Assembly: GCA_016185605.1 (NCBI GenBank)
Contig: JACPNG010000022.1
Location: forward strand, 2,139 to 34,138
Length of the DNA stretch: 32,000 bases
Direction: 5' to 3'
Source: Candidatus Woesearchaeota archaeon
GTDB taxonomy: Archaea > Nanobdellota > Nanobdellia > SCGC-AAA011-G17 > JACPNG01
In this document: piece by piece, positions 1-7,599 of the stretch
How positions within the stretch are numbered: the stretch's first letter is position 1
How the letters are laid out: each line of letters starts with the position of its first letter
Program-made: the position numbers and the translations under genes
The notes under the pieces: model-generated
What the model saw: only the letters and a program-made list of their open reading frames with translations
The model's database searches: none
Told to the model about the DNA's origin: nothing

Positions 1-50
1 AACTAAATATGTATTATATTTGTATTAAAATAAAAGGGGGAATGTTTTAA

Positions 51-2471
51 ATGGATAAAAAAGGAGGATTCTCTGATACTAAAATATTATTTTTAACTTT
101 AGTTTTATTTTCAATAAGTTTTATGATTTATAGCGCATTATTTTCTGTAGCAACTCTTGATTTTGGAGATGCTACAAATATAACAGCAACTAGCGATAAT
201 GATGGTGTGGATAATGGAACGGTTGGTGGAGGAAATGAAATAATTAATCTTACAATAAGTGGATTAGGAACAACAGGAGATAATATAACACATATTAATA
301 TTACATTGCCAGCTGGCAACTATACATTTCTAAATTTTATAAGTGGAGGGGGTGTTATAGAATATAGTGATAATGCTACAGGCGGTGGAGCTGATGATAA
401 AGTAGGAGGATATCCATTAACTAATGTAAGTTTCTATCCGGATGGAACTGCTACAACTTGGGGTTGTTATAACGATTCAGCTACAACAATCACATGTAAT
501 ACAACAGAACATCTAGGAACAGATGGCACAGATGCTCTTGGTGGAGGAGCAAATAATACTTTAATAATAACATTTAATGTGACAGCAGCATCTGATGTAA
601 CTGAACAGATAGCTAATATACAAATAGATGTATCAAATGGTACTGTTATGAATGAGACTAGTACAAATACTACTGTAGTTAATTTAACAATAGATGGATC
701 AGCTCCAAGATTATTAGATATAAACATAACAGATGGAAATACAACATTATTAAATGAAACTGCTATATTAAACTTAAGCGTAACAGATATAATTCCAGGA
801 GCAAACTTCTTGAGTAAGAATGCATCAAATATAACAGTTACTTTAGCAATACAAGAACATGCAATAGATACAATATTATTCTATTATAATTGTACTTCAG
901 AAACAAATAATGTATCACAAACTGTAGGAGCATTCTTTAATCCAGAGGGACAAGGGGGAGTAAAAGCTAATTATTCCTATAAATCAGATAGGGGAGCAGG
1001 AACTTCTGGAGTAGTAATAGCTACTGAAACAGTTGCATATACAGGAATAGTAGATAGCACATGCTTTAATGGTGTAGCAGCTGCTAACATAACAACATTA
1101 ACAATTGTAATAAATGATACATTTGGCAATTCAGTTCAAAATAACTTATCAGGTGTAGATGGTCCAACAATGTTTAGATTAAATACAACAGCAGATGGAA
1201 CACCTACAGTTTATAGTATTAATGTAACAGATGCTACAAATACCTTAAGTACTAGAGATACAATGGATGGTGGTAGTGATTACTTACAGGGTGGAAATCA
1301 TACTTTTGAGATAGAAGTTAGCACTGGATCAAGCGTAAATATGACTGAAGTAGTATTAGTATATAATACTACCAGTACAGTAACACTTGGTGCAAATGGA
1401 TTCTATGATAATGCAGCAGACAATGTGGTTGTATACCCAGAAGTACATAATAATTCAGAATTAGAAGCTGGAACCAAAACAGTATTAAGAGCTGCAGTAA
1501 ACTTTGGTAGTGATAATGATACAACTATTGTAAGCTTTGGATGGGTAATTAATGCAACAGGAAATACACTTGGTGAAGATGATGCTCTTTACACTATATC
1601 TGCAGGACCATTCTCATACCAAATAGATAGTTCACTGCCAGCAGCAACCTTAACTATGCCTGCTCAAACATCAATAGATGTAAGAGCAACAATAAAATTC
1701 ACATGTACTGGTACAGATTCAACTAGTGGGGTTAAAGAATATAAAACCACAGTAACAAGACCAGATGCAACAACAGTTGTAAAAACAACCTCAGTAGCAG
1801 GTACTGAAGTGTCATTTACTGGAGATGATACGAACCAGGCTGGAGATTATACTGTTGAATGTAAAGTAACAGATAATGCTGCAAATGAGAAAGCAACTAC
1901 AAGTTCATTCTCAGCAACATACGCAACAGCAGCTGGAGCTGGTGGCGGCGGTGGAGGCGGAGGAGGGGCTGGAGGAGCAGCTGGAGTAAGCTTTGATGTA
2001 GACTTTTCACAAGCAACAGTCACAGAGGCATCAATAGAAGTGGCAGAGGGAAGCTCAAGGACATTTAGCTTTGATGGACAGACTACACATACATTAAGGG
2101 TAGATTCAATAGCTGACAATGCTGCAACAGTAACAATAAGCTCAACACCGCAGACATTTGTATTAAATGTCGGAGAATCCAGAAAGGTAGATGTAAACCA
2201 GGATGGATTAGATGATATTGAAGTAACATTAAATAGCATAGATAATGGAGTGGCTGACCTTTCAATAAAGAAGATAGAGGAAGGAGCAGCAGCTGTAGCA
2301 GAAGAGGAAAAGGCAGCTGCAGAAGAGGCAGAAGAAACAGGAGCAGCACCAGCTGAGGGAGTAGCACCTGAGCCAGTAGCACAAACTGGTTATGGAACAA
2401 TGATTGCAGTAATAGTCATAATAGTAATAATTATTGGATTAGTGGTGTACTACTTCATGAGAAAGAAATAA
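51..2471 (+). CDS. large secreted, C-terminally anchored surface (S-layer-like) glycoprotein
   Basis: 806-aa ORF with an N-terminal hydrophobic segment (ILFLTLVLFSISFMIYSALF). I count about 36 N-x-S/T sequons by hand in the first ~520 aa. Composition is Thr/Asn/Gly-rich with a Gly9 tract. A Glu/Ala linker is followed by a TM helix (MIAVIVIIVIIIGLVVYYF) and an RKK tail. A GGGGG Shine-Dalgarno-like run lies 10 nt upstream of the ATG. Confidence 0.8.
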   Translation: MDKKGGFSDTKILFLTLVLFSISFMIYSALFSVATLDFGDATNITATSDNDGVDNGTVGGGNEIINLTISGLGTTGDNITHINITLPAGNYTFLNFISGGGVIEYSDNATGGGADDKVGGYPLTNVSFYPDGTATTWGCYNDSATTITCNTTEHLGTDGTDALGGGANNTLIITFNVTAASDVTEQIANIQIDVSNGTVMNETSTNTTVVNLTIDGSAPRLLDINITDGNTTLLNETAILNLSVTDIIPGANFLSKNASNITVTLAIQEHAIDTILFYYNCTSETNNVSQTVGAFFNPEGQGGVKANYSYKSDRGAGTSGVVIATETVAYTGIVDSTCFNGVAAANITTLTIVINDTFGNSVQNNLSGVDGPTMFRLNTTADGTPTVYSINVTDATNTLSTRDTMDGGSDYLQGGNHTFEIEVSTGSSVNMTEVVLVYNTTSTVTLGANGFYDNAADNVVVYPEVHNNSELEAGTKTVLRAAVNFGSDNDTTIVSFGWVINATGNTLGEDDALYTISAGPFSYQIDSSLPAATLTMPAQTSIDVRATIKFTCTGTDSTSGVKEYKTTVTRPDATTVVKTTSVAGTEVSFTGDDTNQAGDYTVECKVTDNAANEKATTSSFSATYATAAGAGGGGGGGGGAGGAAGVSFDVDFSQATVTEASIEVAEGSSRTFSFDGQTTHTLRVDSIADNAATVTISSTPQTFVLNVGESRKVDVNQDGLDDIEVTLNSIDNGVADLSIKKIEEGAAAVAEEEKAAAEEAEETGAAPAEGVAPEPVAQTGYGTMIAVIVIIVIIIGLVVYYFMRKK
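1929..1985 (+). repeat. Gly/Ala low-complexity tract (AAGAGGGGGGGGGAGGAAG) inside the surface protein
   Basis: Read codon by codon: GCA GCT GGA GCT, then nine GGN codons (1941-1967), then GCT GGA GGA GCA GCT GGA. This forms a local GC-rich island in an AT-rich gene. It separates the sequon-rich ectodomain from a C-terminal module. Confidence 0.9.
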
Positions 2472-2487
2472 TTCTTTTTCTTTTTTT
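2472..2487 (+). terminator. oligo-T tract (archaeal-type terminator candidate)
   Basis: ttctttttcttttttt lies immediately after the TAA stop of the 806-aa ORF. Archaeal termination commonly uses T-runs. Confidence 0.4.
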
Positions 2488-2552
2488 ATATTGATTTTTA
2501 TATATTTTCTAATTACCAAATGCTTATAAGCAATATTATTTAACTGAATTTT

Positions 2553-3275
2553 ATGAATTATTCAAAATATCCATTGTTTTTTATTCTTATAATATTAAAC
2601 ATAAGCATAGTTTTAGCAGGCCAGATTCATGATCTAGACTTTTCTGATAAAAATATAATAACAGCAACAATAAATGAGAGGGATGTAGCTAGATTTACCC
2701 TTCCTTACAGGGAATATAATATAGATAAGTATAATGATAATATAATAGACTATAAACTAATCAATAAAGAGCACAAGGTTATGATAAGGGAGATATCAAA
2801 AAATAAGGATTTTGCTAGGTTAACTATATTCATACAAGATGCAGAAACACCTCAATACTTAAATCTAGGATTTAAAAATATAATCAAGCTGGATTTTGAT
2901 AGGGATAGTTTAGATGATCTTATTATAAGATTAAACAAGATAAATGGGAATGAGACAACCTTAACATTAGAAAGCATACAAGAGGATAAGAAAACAGGAG
3001 AGGTAAAATTATTTGGGATAGCTAAAGAAGCTAAAAAAGAGAATAAGCTTAGCAATATAGTTAGTTTTTTCAGGAATTTATTCAGCATGAATCAAACAAA
3101 TCAAGAGAATAAACTAATTGCTGGGGAAGAAGGAAAAATAGAAGGATCTAAGCCTAAAATAATTAATTTATTAGCTGAGAATTGGAAAATAACCTCAATA
3201 ATATTAGTAATATTGTTAATAATCATCTGGAACAGGCGCTATATAAAAAGAAAATTGAGGAGATTATCCTTCTAA
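2553..3275 (+). CDS. secreted, C-terminally anchored protein sharing a module with the C-terminus of the upstream surface protein
   Basis: 240 aa with a signal-like N-terminus (LFFILIILNISIVLAGQ) and a C-terminal TM (ITSIILVILLIIIW) followed by a basic tail (NRRYIKRKLRR). The central region aligns by eye to aa ~650-745 of ORF 51..2471. Confidence 0.7.
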   Translation: MNYSKYPLFFILIILNISIVLAGQIHDLDFSDKNIITATINERDVARFTLPYREYNIDKYNDNIIDYKLINKEHKVMIREISKNKDFARLTIFIQDAETPQYLNLGFKNIIKLDFDRDSLDDLIIRLNKINGNETTLTLESIQEDKKTGEVKLFGIAKEAKKENKLSNIVSFFRNLFSMNQTNQENKLIAGEEGKIEGSKPKIINLLAENWKITSIILVILLIIIWNRRYIKRKLRRLSF

Positions 3276-3286
3276 AAATCATTAAA

Positions 3287-3294
3287 TTTATATA
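3287..3294 (+). promoter_or_regulatory. TATA-box-like element (TTTATATA)
   Basis: Centred about 27 nt upstream of the ATG at 3317, with no SD motif in between. This is consistent with a leaderless archaeal transcript. Confidence 0.3.
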
Positions 3295-3316
3295 TTAGTT
3301 ATGCTATAGTGTTAAA

Positions 3317-3709
3317 ATGGCTTTGACATCAGTTGATTTGATTGCATTGATATTTGTTGTTATAGCCTTAATTAAATTAATAGTTCTTGTGTTTAACAAA
3401 AAGGGATGGTATAATAGCATAGCAAAGCCAGTATACAGCAATCCTATGTTAAGCGAGTTATTTTTATTAATTGTTGGAGCAGCATTATTTTATTTCATTT
3501 CTCAGGAATTGACTGTTGTCCAGATATTTGCTGCAGTGGGATTAGCTGCTGTTTTGTTTGCAATAGCATTTTTGCAATACTCCCATGAATTCATGACTTT
3601 TATGAGAGAGGTATATGACCAGGAATTTAACAGAATACAATGGTTACATCTAATTGCTTGGTTGGCTATATTAGCCTGGGTATTTTACGAGATTCTTCTT
3701 AGATTATAA
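3317..3709 (+). CDS. small integral membrane protein, unknown function
   Basis: 130 aa with about four hydrophobic helices. There is no competing ORF. Confidence 0.6.
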   Translation: MALTSVDLIALIFVVIALIKLIVLVFNKKGWYNSIAKPVYSNPMLSELFLLIVGAALFYFISQELTVVQIFAAVGLAAVLFAIAFLQYSHEFMTFMREVYDQEFNRIQWLHLIAWLAILAWVFYEILLRL

Positions 3710-3717
3710 AAATAAAC

Positions 3718-3862
3718 CGCCGGGACTGGGACTTTCAACAACTTTTGAATTTTTAATGAAACTTTTCTCAAAAGTTTTTTTTGAACCCAGATGCCCACGA
3801 GGGGCCTGGCTTTCTAGAGTATAACTCAAGGCCAGTGCAATACCAGGTTATGCGATCCCGGC
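3718..3862 (-). tRNA. tRNA-Ser: tRNA-Ser (anticodon UGA) with two introns: 13 nt at 37/38 and 48 nt in the T-loop
   Basis: Folded by hand on the minus strand. Acceptor GCCGGGA/TCCCGGC; D-arm GCAT-AACCTGGTA-TTGC; anticodon stem CTGGC/GCCAG with loop CTTGAG[13 nt]A. Long variable arm GCCC-CTCGT-GGGC; T-stem CTGGG/CCCAG; discriminator G; CCA not encoded. Confidence 0.85.
3732..3779 (-). other. non-canonical tRNA intron in the T-loop (position 59/60) with a bulge-helix-bulge fold
   Basis: The T-stem halves are 55 nt apart instead of 7. Exon TTCA pairs with intron TGAA, flanked by 3-nt bulges AAA and AGT. The outer helix is AACTTTT/AAAAGTT. Excision restores the T-loop TTCAAAT. Confidence 0.75.
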
Positions 3863-4018
3863 TTAAGGCAATAATACAGGAATTCCATTCCTTATATTAT
3901 AAATCTTTTTGCATTTATTACATATCAAAGATTTTTTATTATTATAATATTTAACCTCTGATTTGCATAGAGGACAAGCCAATATTTTATATAAATCCTC
4001 TGGTATTAAATCCTTCAT
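3863..4018 (-). CDS. trm112: Trm112-family zinc-ribbon protein (methyltransferase activator); not in the ORF track
   Basis: My translation: MKDLIPEDLYKILACPLCKSEVKYYNNKKSLICNKCKKIYNIRNGIPVLLP*. It has CPxC...CxxC and the Y-x-I-x-x-GIP-x-LL signature typical of Trm112/UPF0434. The TAA stop (3863-3865) directly abuts the tRNA-Ser 5' end at 3862. Confidence 0.8.
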   Translation of the reverse strand: MKDLIPEDLYKILACPLCKSEVKYYNNKKSLICNKCKKIYNIRNGIPVLLP

Positions 4019-4049
4019 AAATATATCATAAAAAAAGAATTATTAAATG

Positions 4050-4598
4050 TTATTCTTTCATTATTCCAAGTAAAAAGAATATTAACCTGTCAGAAGCCCT
4101 TATCAGATCTTTTTCAGTCTCTCCTTGAAGAACAACACATTCATTATTGGCAAATACTTCTGTAGAATCCCCTAATTGCAATTCCACAACCCCAATAGTA
4201 TTATTTACATCATCGCAAGAAAATTTATTTTCTTCATATTTTACTGGGATGCTGTAAAACCTTTCCATTAGATTATTAAATTCCAATCCAGCTACTGTAG
4301 TAAATCCAGTCATATTCTCATCATTAATATGAAGATACAATTCTTTTTTAGTCAATAATAGTTCTCTAACTTTATCCTGGACTTTTATATCCTCTAAACT
4401 CTTGGGATCATATCTTGTGTTAATATAGGTTGGATTCTGGTTATTATTAATGAAGACTTTTGTTACATATCCAGTATAGCCTCCTTCCTTAACTCTTGTT
4501 ACTTCAAACTCCCCATACTTGTATGTTCCAGGAGCCGATGTAAAAAATGTACATCCGCTTAATAATAAGATTAAAACCAATATTATTATCTTTTTCAT
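4050..4598 (-). CDS. putative lipoprotein, paralog of the upstream ORF
   Basis: 182 aa with a signal peptide and lipobox (ILVLILLLSGC). The C-terminal half aligns by eye with ORF 4595..5206 (C..IGV..L.D.TE....N.C....G.T...I...D.....LGIM). An ATGA overlap joins it to the upstream gene. Confidence 0.7.
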   Translation of the reverse strand: MKKIIILVLILLLSGCTFFTSAPGTYKYGEFEVTRVKEGGYTGYVTKVFINNNQNPTYINTRYDPKSLEDIKVQDKVRELLLTKKELYLHINDENMTGFTTVAGLEFNNLMERFYSIPVKYEENKFSCDDVNNTIGVVELQLGDSTEVFANNECVVLQGETEKDLIRASDRLIFFLLGIMKE

Positions 4599-5206
4599 CT
4601 CATTATTCCAAGATTAGCCAGAGCAATCTTATCTATCATTTTTATCATAGATAAAGTATTTCCCTTTACATTGATGCATGTATTTTTTGTTGTAATTTCA
4701 GTTTTGTCATCTAGATTAAATTGTATTACCCCAATTTTATCTGTGGAGTTTTTGCAAGTTTTAATAGGCAGATTCTCGCAGCCTTTTACATCTTCTGAAC
4801 AGGCAATGACGAAATTAGACTCTATTTTAATGAATTTTATGAATTCTTGGATAGCTGGCTGTAAATTATCATCTGGATTAAAACTTATGTAAACTTTTTC
4901 CAGATAATCCAGATTATTGGATTTTAAGTCAACATCTAATTGAAAATCTTCTAAATCTCTTGGACCAAAGAAAAATACAACTTGGTTATTATTAATATAA
5001 GTTGACCATCCTTGATTTGTTTCAATAAATTTGTATTCATTATAGTCATAGTAATTGGCATCTGCTGAGGTAAATCCTGAAAAGCTTGAATATCCAAATG
5101 TGCTTAAAATCATTGTTCCTATTATGAATATTCCAAGAATTATTGTTAAATTTTTCTTGTCTTTATACCACTTATTTCCTTTTTCTCTTGTTATAGATGG
5201 CTTCAT
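4595..5206 (-). CDS. membrane-anchored secreted protein, paralog of 4050..4598
   Basis: 203 aa with an N-terminal TM (LTIILGIFIIGTMILSTFGY). The C-terminus ends in ANLGIMR, compared with LLGIMKE in the neighbour. Confidence 0.7.
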   Translation of the reverse strand: MKPSITREKGNKWYKDKKNLTIILGIFIIGTMILSTFGYSSFSGFTSADANYYDYNEYKFIETNQGWSTYINNNQVVFFFGPRDLEDFQLDVDLKSNNLDYLEKVYISFNPDDNLQPAIQEFIKFIKIESNFVIACSEDVKGCENLPIKTCKNSTDKIGVIQFNLDDKTEITTKNTCINVKGNTLSMIKMIDKIALANLGIMR

Positions 5207-5246
5207 ATCATAGAATATTTAGCATTATATTTAAAAAATTTTGCTT

Positions 5247-6113
5247 TTAGAAAAATGCCGGAGTTATATAAACCTCAACTACAGCAGCCAATATAAGCAA
5301 TACTAACGCTATTATTGTCAAGTCTATTGAGTCAATTAAAACATGCTTGAATTCTTTGCTGTTAATATCATGCCTTATTATGGCTACAGAGATTAAGCCT
5401 CCTGCTAATCCGCCGACAAAATAGGCTAATATTTCAAATACACCATGTGTCATATATCTAAATGTTCCTAGGTAAAATATATGGAGATAATTGCCAACGT
5501 TATTAAGTCCAAAACTAAGGGCTAATTCACTTAGATTTTTTCTCACAAATATTCCTATTGCGCTTGCTATTACAGAGGCATTCCACGTTAGTATGAATAT
5601 CGCTCCCGCGCCATAGAAAAATGAAAAGAAGATGCTAAACAATAAAACTTTAAAATTATTAGTTAATATCTGCAGGAAAAAATCTTGGTATATTGTCGAG
5701 CTTGTTGCTAGTTTTGCTTTTAATATCTGGGAGTTTATTGATTCTATTGTCTTCACTTGAGTGGAAAACAATGATTCTACAAGATTTTCAGGCAGAAATA
5801 CATACCATAATGAGAATGAAACAGTAATTCCCATAAATAAGAACATAAAAAACAATAAGGCCTTGCTGTGCTGCTTTAACAAGCTCATCTCATCCTGGAT
5901 TTCTATATCTTTTTTTTCTTCATACTTCATTGTCCTGTACATTAATGGGACTGTTGCGAATACTGTCAAAAACACTACAATTAGACTAGATTGATCCTTG
6001 AATATCCATAATGCCAATATAGCTGCAATTGAAGAGTATAAAAAGCCGAAAAAGAACAGTTCCCAGAATTTTTTCTCTGCTTTAGCAGGTCCAATCAATG
6101 ACTCAAGTACCAT
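5247..6113 (-). CDS. SpoIIM/DUF95-family integral membrane protein
   Basis: 288 aa, polytopic, with the characteristic motif THGVFEILAYFVGGLAGG (family consensus pHGifE.pa). Confidence 0.7.
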   Translation of the reverse strand: MVLESLIGPAKAEKKFWELFFFGFLYSSIAAILALWIFKDQSSLIVVFLTVFATVPLMYRTMKYEEKKDIEIQDEMSLLKQHSKALLFFMFLFMGITVSFSLWYVFLPENLVESLFSTQVKTIESINSQILKAKLATSSTIYQDFFLQILTNNFKVLLFSIFFSFFYGAGAIFILTWNASVIASAIGIFVRKNLSELALSFGLNNVGNYLHIFYLGTFRYMTHGVFEILAYFVGGLAGGLISVAIIRHDINSKEFKHVLIDSIDLTIIALVLLILAAVVEVYITPAFF

Positions 6114-6243
6114 TAGGATTCTGAATATACTTTAATTTATATAGGTTTTGCTGACTATAAAATCTCATATTTTGGCAATAAACTTAATTCAGAATAGATA
6201 AATAATAGTATTTTTATAGTTAAAATTAATATCTTATAAATAG

Positions 6244-6450
6244 ATGAATATATCATTATTTTTTGACAGATTCGGATTAATTGTATTTTTATATATATTA
6301 TTAGATGCTGTTTATGACTTAAGAAAAAGGAAATTAAATAGAAATGAGAAATTAAGAGTTTGGATAAGAATTCTTATAGGAATAGCTGGATTGGTTGTGG
6401 ATGGCTTTCTTGTTGTCTCGCAGGATGTATTTAGAATTAATTTAGCTTAA
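6244..6450 (+). CDS. small two-TM membrane protein (hypothetical)
   Basis: 68 aa with two hydrophobic helices. A TATA-like CTTATAAATA lies just upstream. The ORF is short and its support is weak. Confidence 0.4.
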   Translation: MNISLFFDRFGLIVFLYILLDAVYDLRKRKLNRNEKLRVWIRILIGIAGLVVDGFLVVSQDVFRINLA

Positions 6451-6888
6451 TGTAGCTTGGAATTCTTTGTTTAGAATGTCAAAATTATCATAGCATTTTC
6501 TCTCTCTAAATCTTTCAAAGCACTTTATTTCACCATCTTCAAACACATCAAAAACAGCATCATCATCAGAATCAACAATATCAACTTCAACCCTCCATAT
6601 TCCATTTTTGTAAGATGAGCTTTTAACCTCTCCATTTATCCCAAAATAGCTTAGATAGTTGAATATTAATTTTTCAGCATTGTTTTCAGGATTATAAGCA
6701 ATTCTTCCAGTTACTGTCTCAAATCCAGTTGTAGCAGAGTTTATCTTGCTTGGACTTTGGAGAAGCAAAAAAAATCCCAATACAAAGAATACTGTCAGCA
6801 TTATTAATGAATAATGCGTTTTGAAATCTGGCATGTTTAAGATAGAATTTTTATACTTAAAAAAGTTTCGTATATAATATAAATGCAA
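6442..6888 (-). CDS. secreted or membrane-anchored hypothetical protein
   Basis: 148 aa with a hydrophobic segment (LIMLTVFFVLGFFLLL). The real start may be the internal Met at 6834 (MPDFKTH...). Confidence 0.6.
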   Translation of the reverse strand: MHLYYIRNFFKYKNSILNMPDFKTHYSLIMLTVFFVLGFFLLLQSPSKINSATTGFETVTGRIAYNPENNAEKLIFNYLSYFGINGEVKSSSYKNGIWRVEVDIVDSDDDAVFDVFEDGEIKCFERFRERKCYDNFDILNKEFQATLS

Positions 6889-7590
6889 TTAGAAAACAGG
6901 AAGTATCTTGGTTCTTTTTTCTTTTATCATGTAATTCTTAATTATTACATGCCCCGAATTCTCAGATTCCATAACCTTTTCCATCTCAAGGGCATTAAAT
7001 CTCTTCTCAAATATTGGCCCGTCAACAACTAATGTGTCTGCATAGCCCCCTTCGAATCCTATATGAAACCCGTATTTTATAGAATCTCTTTTTAGATCAT
7101 CAAAGTTATCTTTTGTAAGTGTTTTTCCAAGCCATTGTTTCATTCCGTCAGAAGCAACTTGAGTTATTACAATTTCATAGCCATCTTTTAACATTCCCCT
7201 CATTAATGATTCATGGTCTTCACCTTTATGGGAGGCAAACACCTCAACGCCAAGAGGAAACAAAACATCCCTTATTGATTTAAGCTGTGTTTCTTGCAGC
7301 CCTATTCCTCCAAGAACAACAGCATCAACTGGATTTTTAATAATAACATTCTTGACAATCTCTGCTTCTTTTATTGGATCAGCAACATCGCAATCAGCTA
7401 ATATATGATTATAGCCAAGTATTTTGGATATTTCCCTTGTGAACTCAACTGTCGCAAAATGGAATAAATAGCAGTCTGTCCTGTTTGGCTTTACAGACAA
7501 TAAATACTTTATATTCCACCCTTTTTCTTTTGCTATTCTTACAGCATTGATTGAATCCTTGCCCCCGCTGAATAATATTGCGACATTCAT
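6889..7590 (-). CDS. dph6: diphthine-ammonia ligase (MJ0570/Dph6-type N-type ATP pyrophosphatase)
   Basis: It carries the PP-loop ILFSGGKDS, then ...YLFHF..., ...GGIGLQETQ..., ...GFEGGYADTLVVDGPIF. The spacing and order match the MJ0570/Dph6 family. Confidence 0.8.
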   Translation of the reverse strand: MNVAILFSGGKDSINAVRIAKEKGWNIKYLLSVKPNRTDCYLFHFATVEFTREISKILGYNHILADCDVADPIKEAEIVKNVIIKNPVDAVVLGGIGLQETQLKSIRDVLFPLGVEVFASHKGEDHESLMRGMLKDGYEIVITQVASDGMKQWLGKTLTKDNFDDLKRDSIKYGFHIGFEGGYADTLVVDGPIFEKRFNALEMEKVMESENSGHVIIKNYMIKEKRTKILPVF

Positions 7591-7599
7591 TTCAGCTTA

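Noticed and set aside
128-2400. Four minus-strand ORFs (128..319, 467..727, 1847..2239, 2083..2400) inside the 806-aa surface-protein gene.
   Set aside because: They lie entirely antisense to a much longer ORF with coherent signal, TM and sequon architecture. Their sequences are low-complexity (poly-Pro and poly-Leu mirror images of the Gly/Ala/Glu tracts) and they have no start context.
2392-2471. Possible PGF-CTERM or archaeosortase sorting signal at the C-terminus of the surface protein.
   Set aside because: The TM is preceded by TGYG rather than a PGF-type tripeptide, and I cannot match it to a named sorting signal by eye. It is treated as a plain TM anchor.
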